From contig JBEBSM010000001.1 of assembly GCA_040394315.1 (NCBI GenBank), forward strand, positions 1-35,596: a DNA stretch of 35,596 nucleotides, read 5' to 3'. This document shows positions 1 through 9,161 of this stretch, in pieces; the stretch's first letter is position 1, and every line of letters begins with the position of its first letter. The notes beneath the pieces were generated by a model, which was not told the origin of the DNA, made no database searches, and saw nothing but the letters and a program-made list of their open reading frames with translations. This stretch comes from Lujinxingia vulgaris. Lineage in GTDB: Bacteria; Myxococcota_A; Bradymonadia; Bradymonadales; Bradymonadaceae. The translations under genes and the position numbers were made by a program.

Positions 1-3000
1 ACGCTTGGTGGCACGAAGTATAAAGTGACGCTTTTGAGCGGGCTGCGTGATCGATTCGGGCAGACGCTGGGCAAAGATATTGAGCTTGATTTTGCGGTAG
101 GTCATGCGGAGCCGTTTTTGGGGGCCGGTGACAAGTCGTTGGTTGTGATCGATCCGGCGGGTAAGCCGACGTATTCGATTTATTCGGTTAATCAAAAAGA
201 GGTTCGCGTTCGGGGTTACAGGGTAACGACTGCGGATTGGTTGGCGTTTGTGCAAGCGAGCGCATGGCATAACAAGGCGTCGATGCCGGGTAAGCAGGTC
301 ATTGATCTGGTTGTAAAGCCAGCGGGTGAGGCGGATCGGTTGACGGAAACGGCGATTGATTTGTCGCCGGCTCTGGATAAAAGCGGTCTGGGTCATGTGA
401 TTTTGGAGATTGAGCCTGTTGAGGAAGATTCGACGAGTCAGTCGCACCGTCGATACAATCGCTGGCCGATGAAAGTGTGGGTTCAGTCGACGAAAATCGG
501 GTTGGATGCGTATCTCGATCCGAGCGGTTTGCGTGCGTGGGCCAGCGAGTTGGAGAGTGGGAAGCCGCTGTCCGGTGTCAGTATTAAAATGGGTGAAACG
601 GCCGCGGTTGCAGCGACGGAAAAGAGCGGTCTGGCAAGTTTTGATGTGAAGAAAGTGAGTGCCGCGCAGGGATATCTGGTGGCCAGTAAGGGCGCCGATA
701 GCGTGTTGTTGCCGGGCAATGAATATGGTTATGGCAATCACGTATCGCCCTGGTATGTGCCGCAAACGGAAGACCATTTACGCTGGTATGTGGTCGATGA
801 TCGGCAGATGTATAAGCCTGGTGAGTCGGTTCGGATCAAGGGTTGGACGCGGTTGATCGAAGGCGGAACGACAGGTGATGTCGGGCTGGCTTCGGGTGCT
901 AAAACGGTTCGTTATGAAGTCATGGAATCGCGTGGCACGAAGTTCGCTGAAGGCAGTGCGCAGGTATCGAAAACGGGCGGGTTTGATTTCAAGTTTGAGA
1001 TTCCTGACGGTGTTAATCTGGGGCATGCGTACGTGAGATTTCAGCTCGAGCCGTCCAGTGTGGTGGGTTCTGATCATCATCATAGTTTTCAGATTCAGGA
1101 GTTTCGCCGGCCGGAGTTTGCGGTTTCGGCAAGCGTTGAGGACGGGCCGCATTTGCTGGGTGAGGATGTTCGGGTTGTTGTGAACGCGGCGTATTATGCG
1201 GGTGGCGCGCTCAGTGAAGCACCAGTGAATTGGATGATTACTTCGCGTGAGGGCAGTTACTCGCCTCCCAATCGTGGCAAGTACGTGTTTGGGAAGTGGC
1301 AGCCATGGTGGGGATTTCGGCACTCTGTGTTTCATGGTTGGGACTCTGGCGATTCGCAGACGATTCAGTATTCGAATAAGACGGATATGGCGGGTGAGGA
1401 CTCGGTATTGATGGGGTTTCGCTCGCTTTCGCAGCCACTTCCGTTGAGTGTGGATATTGTTGCGGGTGTGCAGGATGTGAATCGTCAGACGTGGGAAGCG
1501 AAGACGTCGATGTTGGTTCATGCGGCGGCGGCGTATGTGGGTTTGCGCTCGGATAAGATGTTTGTGGAGCGCGGCAAACCGATTGAGATGCAGGCAATTG
1601 CTACGGATATTGATGGGAAATTGTTGGAGGGCCGCTCGATTGAGATGGTTTCGCATCGCCTGAAGTGGAAGCAGACCCGTGGCGAGTGGGCGGAAGAGGC
1701 GGTTGATGAACAGCGCTGTGAGGTGGAGTCGAAGGCGGAAGAAGTGCTGTGTAAATTTGAGACAAAGGAAGGTGGGACGTACAGGATTCGGGCGACGGTT
1801 GAGGATTCAAACGGTCGAAAAAACCTGACGGAACTTACGCGTTGGGTTTCGGGCGGCGAGCAAAAACCGGTGCGTGGGGTAGAGCTTGAGGAAGTTGTAT
1901 TGATCGCGGATAAGCAAGAATATGCGATTGATGAAGTGGCTGAGATTTTGGTTCAGTCGCCGTTTTATCCGGCCGAGGGTTTTGTGACTTATGGTCGTGA
2001 GGGGATTTTGAAGCAAGAGCGCATCGTGATCGAGAAGCCTGGTTATGTGCTGAAGGTTTCGATGCTTGCAGGTTATTTGCCGAATTTGCATGTGCAGGTG
2101 GATTTGAACGGGCAGGCGGGGCGCGTGGATGCGTCGGGCAAGGTTAGTGAAAAGTTGAAAAAGCGGGTCGCTTTTGCGTCGGGTGCTGTGAATTTGTCGA
2201 TGTCGAAATCGACGCGTACGCTGGCGGTTGAGGTGAAGCCGGGTCAGCCGGCGTCGGCTCCGGGAAGTATGGCGGAGGTCGATGTGGTCGTGCGCGATTA
2301 TGCGGGCAAGGCCGTGGCGGACAGTGAATTGCTGGTGTTTGTGGTCGATGAGGCAGTGCTTGCATTGTCGGGCTACAAGTTGGCGGATCCGATCGAGTTG
2401 TTTTACCAGGATCGGGGGATGTTGGTGAACACGTATCGAAATCGTGGATACGTGTTGTTGAGTGATCCGGATTCGATTGGTCAGGAGGGGGAAACGCCTT
2501 CGGAATCGGAAGAAGTGATGATGAAGGACAGCCTGGGTAGTTCCAGGGGTGGCGGGGGGATGCCGCCCGAGGCACCGTCGCCGATGATGGCGAAGTCTGC
2601 GCCGATGATGGAGAATAAGAAGTCGGGTGCGGATCAGGGTGGTGCCGACGGCGCGATTGCGATGCGTGAGAATTTTGATGCGCTGGCGGCTTTTGAGCCG
2701 ACGATTCGGACGGATAAGGAAGGGCGAGCGAAAATTCAGTTCAAATTGCCGGATAACCTGACGCGTTATCGGGTGATGGCGGTGGCTTTTTCGGGCAAGC
2801 ATGATTTTGGCACGGACGAGTCGTCGATGGTTGTGCGTTTGCCGTTGATGGTTCGTGCGTCGGCGCCAAGGTTCTTGAACTTTGGGGATGTGTTTGAGCT
2901 TCCTGTGGTGGTTCAAAACCAGACGGATAAGGCGATGGAGGTTGAGGTCGCGGTTCGTGGCACGAACGTTACGTTTTTGGAGACGCCGGGTGCGAAGGTT

Positions 3001-4806
3001 ACGGTTGCGGCCAATGACCGGGTTGAAGTTCGGTTTAAGGCAAGGACTGAAAGTGCGGGAATTGCGCGTTTTCAGGTCGGCGTGAGTTCGGGTCTGTTGG
3101 CGGATGCGACGATGTTTGAGTTGCCTGTTTATACGCCGGCGACGACGGAAGCGTTTGCGACGTATGGTGAAATCGACAAATCGAGCACGATTGTGCAGCC
3201 GGTTGCGATGCCAGGCGGTGTGTTTGAGCAGTTTGGCGGGCTTGAGTTGACGACGTCATCGACCGAATTGCAGGCGCTGACGGACGCGTTTATTTCGCTG
3301 CTTAATTATCCGTTTATGTTCGCGGAGCAGATTGCGTCGCGGATGCTGGCGATTGCAGCGTTGCGTGATGTTTTGACGGCGTTTGAGGCGGAAGGTATGC
3401 CGACGGCGGCTGAAATTGCGGTGTCGATGGCAGAAGATCTGGAGCTTTTACAGCGATTGCAAAACTCGGATGGCGGGTTTGGATTCTGGAGTTATGGAGA
3501 AAAATCGTATCCGTTTGTGAGTATTCATGTGTCGCATGGTTTGCGGCGCGCTCAGAAGATGGGCTACGAGATTCCGGCGTCGTTGATGACGCGCTCGGAG
3601 CAGTATCTGGTCAATATTGAGGCGAATATTCCGACGTTTTATGGTCCACGGGCAAAATATGCACTGATGGCTTATGCGCAGTATGTGCGTGCGGTTGGTG
3701 GAAAGCCGGATCTGGCTGGGACGCGTGCGTTGTATGCGAAGGCTGGCTTGAAAGAGCTGACGCTTGAGGCGCAGGGCTGGATATTGGCGGTTCTGGCTAC
3801 GGATCCTGAGTTTGCTGCGGGTCGTGCGGAGATCTTGAAGAGTTTGAATAATCGGGTTGAGGAAACGGCTGCGACGGCTGAGTTTAGAAGCGATTACGGT
3901 GATTCGGGCTGGTATATGCTTTATACATCGCGGCGCTCGGATGGTGTTTTGTTGGATGCCTTGATCGCGGCCAATCCGAAGAGCGATTTGATTCCGAAAC
4001 TTGTGCGCGGATTGCTTGGTCACCGCTCAAAGGGGCAGTGGGGATCGACGCAGGATAACGTGTTTGTTCTGTTGGCGCTGGAGCATTATTTCCGGGTTTA
4101 TGAGAAGGAAGTGCCGAATTTTGTGGCGCGCGCGTGGCTTGGGAAGCAGTTTGTCGGCGAGCATGGGTTTAAGGGTCGGACGACCGAGCGTTTTCACGTG
4201 GATGTGCCGATGGCGTATCTTGCGGAGCAGGATGGTAAAACCGATTTCGCGATTCAAAAAGATGGTAAGGGTCGCATGTATTATCGTCTGGGAATGCGTT
4301 ATGCGCCGAAGAGCTTGATGCTCAAGCCTGCGGATCATGGGTTTGCGGTCGAGCGCTTGTATGAATCGGTGGATGATGCGGGCGATGTGAAGCGGCGCGA
4401 GGATGGCGTTTGGGAAGTGAAAGCCGGTGCTCGCGTGAAGGTTACGTTGACGATGGCAGCGCCTGCGCGTCGTTATCATGTAGCGCTTGTGGATTATTTG
4501 CCGGCCGGGTTTGAGCCGTTGAATTCGGCGCTTGCGACGACTACATTGCCGGCGGATGCAGGCTCTTCGAGTGGTTCGCGGCCAGGATATTGGTGGTGGA
4601 TGGGCACGTGGTACGAGCATCAAAATATGCGTGATGAGCGTGTCGAAGCGTTTTCGTCACTGGTGTGGGGCGGCGTTCAGACCTATACCTATTTTGCGCG
4701 TGCGACGACGCCGGGTGAGTTTATCGCGCCGCCGGCCAAGGCCGAGGAGATGTATCATCCGGAGACCTTTGGTCGGACATCAAGTGAAAAGGTTGTTGTT
4801 AAATAA
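1..4806 (+). CDS. Alpha-2-macroglobulin family protein (YfaS/MagD-like, no thioester), 5' end outside window
   Basis: Frame 1 is open from base 1, with no stop before the GTG at 25, so the N-terminus is cut by the window edge. The product is over 1590 aa with repeated beta-sandwich-like segments and a G/P/M/S-rich bait-like stretch (SSRGGGGMPPEAPSPMMAKSAPMM). The helical TED-like part carries NYPFMFAEQ (nt 3307-3330) where thioester A2Ms have YPYGCxEQ. Confidence 0.88.
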   Translation, partial: TLGGTKYKVTLLSGLRDRFGQTLGKDIELDFAVGHAEPFLGAGDKSLVVIDPAGKPTYSIYSVNQKEVRVRGYRVTTADWLAFVQASAWHNKASMPGKQVIDLVVKPAGEADRLTETAIDLSPALDKSGLGHVILEIEPVEEDSTSQSHRRYNRWPMKVWVQSTKIGLDAYLDPSGLRAWASELESGKPLSGVSIKMGETAAVAATEKSGLASFDVKKVSAAQGYLVASKGADSVLLPGNEYGYGNHVSPWYVPQTEDHLRWYVVDDRQMYKPGESVRIKGWTRLIEGGTTGDVGLASGAKTVRYEVMESRGTKFAEGSAQVSKTGGFDFKFEIPDGVNLGHAYVRFQLEPSSVVGSDHHHSFQIQEFRRPEFAVSASVEDGPHLLGEDVRVVVNAAYYAGGALSEAPVNWMITSREGSYSPPNRGKYVFGKWQPWWGFRHSVFHGWDSGDSQTIQYSNKTDMAGEDSVLMGFRSLSQPLPLSVDIVAGVQDVNRQTWEAKTSMLVHAAAAYVGLRSDKMFVERGKPIEMQAIATDIDGKLLEGRSIEMVSHRLKWKQTRGEWAEEAVDEQRCEVESKAEEVLCKFETKEGGTYRIRATVEDSNGRKNLTELTRWVSGGEQKPVRGVELEEVVLIADKQEYAIDEVAEILVQSPFYPAEGFVTYGREGILKQERIVIEKPGYVLKVSMLAGYLPNLHVQVDLNGQAGRVDASGKVSEKLKKRVAFASGAVNLSMSKSTRTLAVEVKPGQPASAPGSMAEVDVVVRDYAGKAVADSELLVFVVDEAVLALSGYKLADPIELFYQDRGMLVNTYRNRGYVLLSDPDSIGQEGETPSESEEVMMKDSLGSSRGGGGMPPEAPSPMMAKSAPMMENKKSGADQGGADGAIAMRENFDALAAFEPTIRTDKEGRAKIQFKLPDNLTRYRVMAVAFSGKHDFGTDESSMVVRLPLMVRASAPRFLNFGDVFELPVVVQNQTDKAMEVEVAVRGTNVTFLETPGAKVTVAANDRVEVRFKARTESAGIARFQVGVSSGLLADATMFELPVYTPATTEAFATYGEIDKSSTIVQPVAMPGGVFEQFGGLELTTSSTELQALTDAFISLLNYPFMFAEQIASRMLAIAALRDVLTAFEAEGMPTAAEIAVSMAEDLELLQRLQNSDGGFGFWSYGEKSYPFVSIHVSHGLRRAQKMGYEIPASLMTRSEQYLVNIEANIPTFYGPRAKYALMAYAQYVRAVGGKPDLAGTRALYAKAGLKELTLEAQGWILAVLATDPEFAAGRAEILKSLNNRVEETAATAEFRSDYGDSGWYMLYTSRRSDGVLLDALIAANPKSDLIPKLVRGLLGHRSKGQWGSTQDNVFVLLALEHYFRVYEKEVPNFVARAWLGKQFVGEHGFKGRTTERFHVDVPMAYLAEQDGKTDFAIQKDGKGRMYYRLGMRYAPKSLMLKPADHGFAVERLYESVDDAGDVKRREDGVWEVKAGARVKVTLTMAAPARRYHVALVDYLPAGFEPLNSALATTTLPADAGSSSGSRPGYWWWMGTWYEHQNMRDERVEAFSSLVWGGVQTYTYFARATTPGEFIAPPAKAEEMYHPETFGRTSSEKVVVK

Positions 4807-5045
4807 TAAAAAACAGGTGTGAGGCGTGGTTTGTAGAGGGGTTGGGTTGTGTGAGGCGTCACACCCATCGGCTAACGCCGAGGGCTAACACAACCCGACG
4901 CGTTCCGCTGAGGCTGACGCCTCGCTCCACGGTGCGTGCGTTTGGAGGTTGGTAGGAAACGAGTGCGAATCGAAAAGATGTATGAACAGGAAATGTTCAG
5001 TCGAAGTGCGAGTGAGCGAGTGGTTGTGAAGTTGTGGAGCGGTAA

Positions 5046-5690
5046 ATGCTGGAAAGAAGTTGGTTTTCGGGTGTGGTGTTCGGTTTTGTTCTGGGATTTC
5101 TGACTCTGGGATTTCTGAGTTCGGGGATTGTGGGCAAGGCTGGCGTCGCGACTGCAACCGCGGATGTGGAGGGTGAGCGGGTGCGCGTGGTTCATGACAC
5201 GCGCGCCGTTCATAAGATCGATGATGAAGGACTTGTGCGCGTGGTTTTGTTAGCGCGCGGGCAAAATGCTTATCTTGGCAAGCTGATTTTGCAGCCGCGT
5301 GCGCAGGTCGCGCCCAGGCGAACGGCGACCGAAGAGTATCTGTATATTATAGAGGGGAGTAGCGTCCTGACGGTTAATGGACAGAGTTATATCATCGGGC
5401 CGAATATGGCTGTGTATATTCCTGCGGATGGGGAAGTGAGTTTTATTGTTGGGAGTGAGCCGCTTGTGGCGGTGCAGGTTTTTGCGGGGCCGGATCCTGC
5501 TGTGCGGTATAATGAGTGGAAGACGTTTGATTCGTCGACGGTGCATCATCCGCGGAGGAAGCGAAAGCCGCGGACGAAGCAGTCGATGTTGTTGGAGGTT
5601 GATGGGGTAGGGGAGGATGGCTTTTTTGAGGAGGGGATGGTGCAGGGAGTGTTGGATTTGCGAGGGGAAGACTCGGCATTTATTGATTGA
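5046..5690 (+). CDS. Cupin-domain protein with N-terminal membrane anchor
   Basis: ATG start. The N-terminus is hydrophobic (WFSGVVFGFVLGFLTLGFLSSGIV). A cupin-like two-strand core is present (EEYLYIIEGSSVLTVNGQSYIIGPNMAVYIPADGEVSF). The C-terminal tail is basic then acidic. Confidence 0.6.
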   Translation: MLERSWFSGVVFGFVLGFLTLGFLSSGIVGKAGVATATADVEGERVRVVHDTRAVHKIDDEGLVRVVLLARGQNAYLGKLILQPRAQVAPRRTATEEYLYIIEGSSVLTVNGQSYIIGPNMAVYIPADGEVSFIVGSEPLVAVQVFAGPDPAVRYNEWKTFDSSTVHHPRRKRKPRTKQSMLLEVDGVGEDGFFEEGMVQGVLDLRGEDSAFID

Positions 5691-5800
5691 AGAATCTGGG
5701 GCTGGGTGAAGTGAAAATCGGGGTGTGAGGGTTGTTTGGACGTTTGATGGTAACAGATTCCGGGTTTTGCACCCTGTGTGCGAGGCCCGGATTGTGTGTT
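5690..5800 (+). repeat. Intergenic structured repeat, copy A (~110 nt)
   Basis: Shares the core GTTTGGACGyTTGwTkGyAACAGATTCCGGGyTTTGCACCCTGTGTGCrwGGCCCGGATTGTGTG with copies B and C. It contains the inverted repeat TCCGGGy...GCCCGGA enclosing a GCAC/GTGC mini-hairpin. Confidence 0.7.
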
Positions 5801-5857
5801 TTTTGGAGGGGGCTTTTTGTTGGCTTTGTGGAGTTGGAAGCGTGATTGTTTTGATCG

Positions 5858-5967
5858 TGAAATTTTGAGATGTCGAATTCGAAAAACGGGGCATGGGGGT
5901 AGTTTGGACGTTGTGTGGTAACAGATTCCGGGCTTTGCACCCTGTGTGCATGGCCCGGATTGTGTGT
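5858..5967 (+). repeat. Intergenic structured repeat, copy B
   Basis: Same core as copy A (5901-5967), with TCCGGGC/GCCCGGA arms forming a perfect 7-bp stem. Confidence 0.7.
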
Positions 5968-6058
5968 TTCGTAGGGCTGCTTTGAGTTGACACGGTAAAT
6001 TGGTAGTGGGGGAGCGATTTTGGGGGATTGAATTATCAGATCGTGACTGTTCTGTTGG

Positions 6059-6157
6059 GGGAAATCTTGGGGCTAATGAACGAATAGGCGGGGTATGGAG
6101 GTTGTTTGGACGCTTGATTGCAACAGATTCCGGGCTTTGCACCCTGTGTGCGAGGTC
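6059..6157 (+). repeat. Intergenic structured repeat, copy C (3' arm truncated)
   Basis: The left flank (AATCTTGGGGCTAATGAACGAATAGGCGGGG) resembles that of copy A and the core matches up to GTGTGCGAGG. The 3' CCCGGA arm is replaced by TCCAAAAT. Confidence 0.65.
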
Positions 6158-6365
6158 CAAAATATACGTGACGTAATGGGGCTTTCAAGAAATCTTTAAG
6201 CATCGAATAAGCCTCGAACGTCGGGTTCGTTGAAGGTGTGAGAGCGTTTATAACATAAATAATAAGGGCGAGCGTCTTGCCAGACTTCGTTGTATCGACG
6301 AAAGTCCGGCGAGTGAATTGCGAGATGATAAAATCGGACCTCTATAATTAAGGATACCAGCGGTT

Positions 6366-7853
6366 ATGAGTGCATATAAAAAGCTTGAAAAACATCGGAT
6401 GAAACTGGGACGTGTTGGCGAGGCGCTTTCGGTATTGCACTGGGATTCATCGACGATGATGCCGGCGGGTGGAAGTCCAGGACGTTCGGAGCAGATTGCG
6501 GCGTTGCGTGGGATTTTTCATGAGCTGAAAACCGAGGCGTGGCAGGGCGATGCGCTGGCGGAAGCGGATGGGGATACGTCTCTGGATGCGTGGCAGCGTG
6601 CGAATCTTGAGGAGCTTAAGCGGGGCTGGCTACATGCGACGGCGGTTCCGGCGGATCTCGTCGAGCGGATTAGTCGTAAAGGGTCAGAGACTGAGATGGT
6701 GTGGAGGACGGCGCGACCGGCGAATGATTTTGCGCGTCTTGAGCCACATTTGCAGGAGGTGCTGGATCTGACGCGTGAGCAGGCATTGATTAAGGCTGAA
6801 GCGCTGGGGTGTTCACCTTATGATGCGCTTTTGGACCAGTATGAACCGGGCGGTTCGTCTGCAAAGATCGATGTGATCTTTGATGATCTGGCGGAGTTTT
6901 TGCCGGGATTTCTGGAGGCGGTACTGGATCGTCAAGCGAGTTTGCCGGCCGCGATTGCGTTGGGTGGACCGTTTCCTGTGGCGTTGCAGCGCGAGCTGGG
7001 TGTGGAGCTGATGAATACGCTCGGGTTTGATTTCAACAAGGGGCGTTTTGATGTCAGTCTGCATCCGTTTTGCGGCGGCGTGCAGGATGATGTGCGGATA
7101 ACGACGAATTATTGCGAGACTGATTTTCTGCGGAGTTTGATGGGCGTTTTACATGAGACCGGGCATGCGCTTTATGAGATGGGCTTGCCGTTGGCGTGGC
7201 GTTATCAGCCGGTGGGGAAAGCTCGTGGAATGAGCATACACGAGAGCCAGTCGCTTTTGGTGGAAATGCAGGCGGGTCGTAGTCCGGAGTTTGTGCGGTA
7301 TCTGGCGCCGTTGCTACGTGAGAAGTTTGGCAAGAGTGGTCCGGCGTGGGAATCGGATAATTTGTATCGGCACGTAACGCAGGTAAAACGTGGACTTATT
7401 CGGGTATCGGCCGATGAGGTTACGTATCCGGCACATGTGATTTTACGCTATCGGCTTGAGAAGGCAATGATCAGTGGTGCGTTGTCGATCAAGGATTTGC
7501 CGGAAGCGTGGCGGGCGGGGATGAAGGAGTTGTTGGGAGTGGATGTGCCTGATGATCGTGACGGGTGCATGCAGGATATTCACTGGATGGACGGATCGTT
7601 TGGTTATTTTCCGACGTATTCACTTGGAGCGATGACGGCGGCACAGCTTTTCCAGAGTGCGGAAGCACACGATAGTGATGTGAAGCCGGGGCTTGAGCGT
7701 GGTGATTTTGGACCGTTGATGCGCTGGATGGGCGAGCATGTACATGCGCGTGCGTCATTGGTATCGACGGATGAGTTATTGAAGGATGCGACCGGCTCGG
7801 AGCTGGATGCGTCGTATTTTAAAGCACATTTAGAGAAGCGATATCTTGGTTAA
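6366..7853 (+). CDS. Carboxypeptidase Taq-like metallopeptidase (family M32)
   Basis: The HETGHALYE zinc motif, IHESQS, DIHW and GYFPTYSLGA motifs and a ~495 aa length are typical of M32 thermostable carboxypeptidase 1. An AAGGA Shine-Dalgarno precedes the ATG. Confidence 0.92.
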   Translation: MSAYKKLEKHRMKLGRVGEALSVLHWDSSTMMPAGGSPGRSEQIAALRGIFHELKTEAWQGDALAEADGDTSLDAWQRANLEELKRGWLHATAVPADLVERISRKGSETEMVWRTARPANDFARLEPHLQEVLDLTREQALIKAEALGCSPYDALLDQYEPGGSSAKIDVIFDDLAEFLPGFLEAVLDRQASLPAAIALGGPFPVALQRELGVELMNTLGFDFNKGRFDVSLHPFCGGVQDDVRITTNYCETDFLRSLMGVLHETGHALYEMGLPLAWRYQPVGKARGMSIHESQSLLVEMQAGRSPEFVRYLAPLLREKFGKSGPAWESDNLYRHVTQVKRGLIRVSADEVTYPAHVILRYRLEKAMISGALSIKDLPEAWRAGMKELLGVDVPDDRDGCMQDIHWMDGSFGYFPTYSLGAMTAAQLFQSAEAHDSDVKPGLERGDFGPLMRWMGEHVHARASLVSTDELLKDATGSELDASYFKAHLEKRYLG

Positions 7854-8961
7854 TATTGATGAGCTGGTTGGCGAACAACTGGAGCTATTGCGTAAAAAAG
7901 ATGTTGAATTTAGACGTCGTCTTGCGAAGCTACAACAAGCGTATGGTGGTGGAAGTCGTCTGAGCGAAGAGTTGGATAAGCTTGAGGCGTCGGATAGAGC
8001 TTTTGCAAACCGGGTGGTTGCTTACGACTGGGTAGGCCTTGGTGAAACAATGGTTGACCGCTTGAGGCAGGCGTTTTTGGGGGAAGCGCCGGCGGTTGAT
8101 GCAAGTGGCCGAATCGCCTTTTATTTTGATCTGGAGCGCGCCGAAATCGGCTTGCGTGGGCGTGGCGTCGGGGGGGGCGATGTACGTGTTCGGCGCGCGC
8201 GCCTATTTGGCAAGCGAGAGGTCGTGCTGGACCTGGCTCTGGTATTTGATGAGCTGGTGGGTGGTGGGCAGCATACATCGAGCGTGTATCCGATCGTTTT
8301 TAGTCACGATGCGGAGCGTAATCGACGGCTGGTTTTGACAGCGACTGTGATCGAGCTTTTATGGCCGCAATTGACAGCGATGGCCAGGGGAGAGGTTGAA
8401 GGCGTGCGTTTTCCGGAGCATCGCGAACTGCGGTTGGAAATTGCGGCCAGTGCGTCAGGCGCGGCTTTGCTGACATTAACTTCGCGTGAGGGGGCTGTGG
8501 ATGATGTGCGGATTTCGGCGGTGCAGATTGGTTTTGGTGCAGAGCGTGAAATCGAGCGACAGTTGGACGAATACGTGGAAGTTGATGCTGATGCGAATTA
8601 TGGCCGTTTTTTGAAAGAGCGTCAGACAGGTGCGTATGAACGGCGAGATTTTGTGGAGCCGTTGGGGCGTAGTTGGAGTGTGCGTCTGGATCGTGAGCGG
8701 TATGAGATCGAGGAATATCAGCGAGAACGGCCGATTTTGACGATCAAGCGTGCGGTTCGTTTGCTCGATGCCGCGCCGTTTGTGCGAACGGTAGAGGCGT
8801 TCGCCAGTGAAGCGTTGGCTGATGAAGGTTACGAGCGTAAAGTGCGGTTGATAATCGACCAGGGTTTTCGTCAGGTTTATGAAGAAATATGCGGCGTGTC
8901 GGGCGTTGCTGAAAAACAACGCGGAACGGCGCTTTCATGGGAAGAAATAGCTGAGAATTGA
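7846..8961 (+). CDS. Hypothetical cytoplasmic protein, overlaps the M32 gene by 8 nt
   Basis: A long ORF with coding-like composition and a TTG start that overlaps the upstream stop. I recognise no motif. Confidence 0.55.
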   Translation: MVNIDELVGEQLELLRKKDVEFRRRLAKLQQAYGGGSRLSEELDKLEASDRAFANRVVAYDWVGLGETMVDRLRQAFLGEAPAVDASGRIAFYFDLERAEIGLRGRGVGGGDVRVRRARLFGKREVVLDLALVFDELVGGGQHTSSVYPIVFSHDAERNRRLVLTATVIELLWPQLTAMARGEVEGVRFPEHRELRLEIAASASGAALLTLTSREGAVDDVRISAVQIGFGAEREIERQLDEYVEVDADANYGRFLKERQTGAYERRDFVEPLGRSWSVRLDRERYEIEEYQRERPILTIKRAVRLLDAAPFVRTVEAFASEALADEGYERKVRLIIDQGFRQVYEEICGVSGVAEKQRGTALSWEEIAEN

Positions 8962-9161
8962 TATGAAATACGGTGTAAATACCGGGATTTGATCCGACTC
9001 AGGCCGGGTGTGCGTCTTGACTTTGATGTGGTGCCCGGTTTATCCACGTATTGGCCGTTTGGCCTCCTTGGTATGGGTAAGAGTGTTGAGTCGTACCAGT
9101 ATGAAGTTTGTATTTTGACTGGTTGATAAACTGGAAACACGTCGAAGATGACGAGGAATGC

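Noticed and set aside
483-4623. A series of minus-strand ORFs (e.g. 778-1656, 1807-2916, 3448-4023, 4027-4623) and short plus-strand out-of-frame ORFs inside the A2M gene
   Set aside because: They lie entirely antisense to, or out of frame within, a strongly supported 1593-aa gene. Their translations are R/H/P/T/Q-rich and low-complexity, typical of shadow ORFs.
5250-6160. Minus-strand ORFs of 247, 204, 86 and 78 aa across the cupin 3' end and the repeat region
   Set aside because: Their apparent internal protein repeats only mirror the DNA repeat copies. The sequences are low-complexity (P/T/S/Q-rich), overlap one another in different frames, and lack start context.
5690-6160. Possible CRISPR array
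   Set aside because: The repeat units are about 100 nt and imperfect, spacing is irregular, one copy is truncated, and no cas genes are present. This is inconsistent with 24-48-nt exact repeats and uniform spacers.
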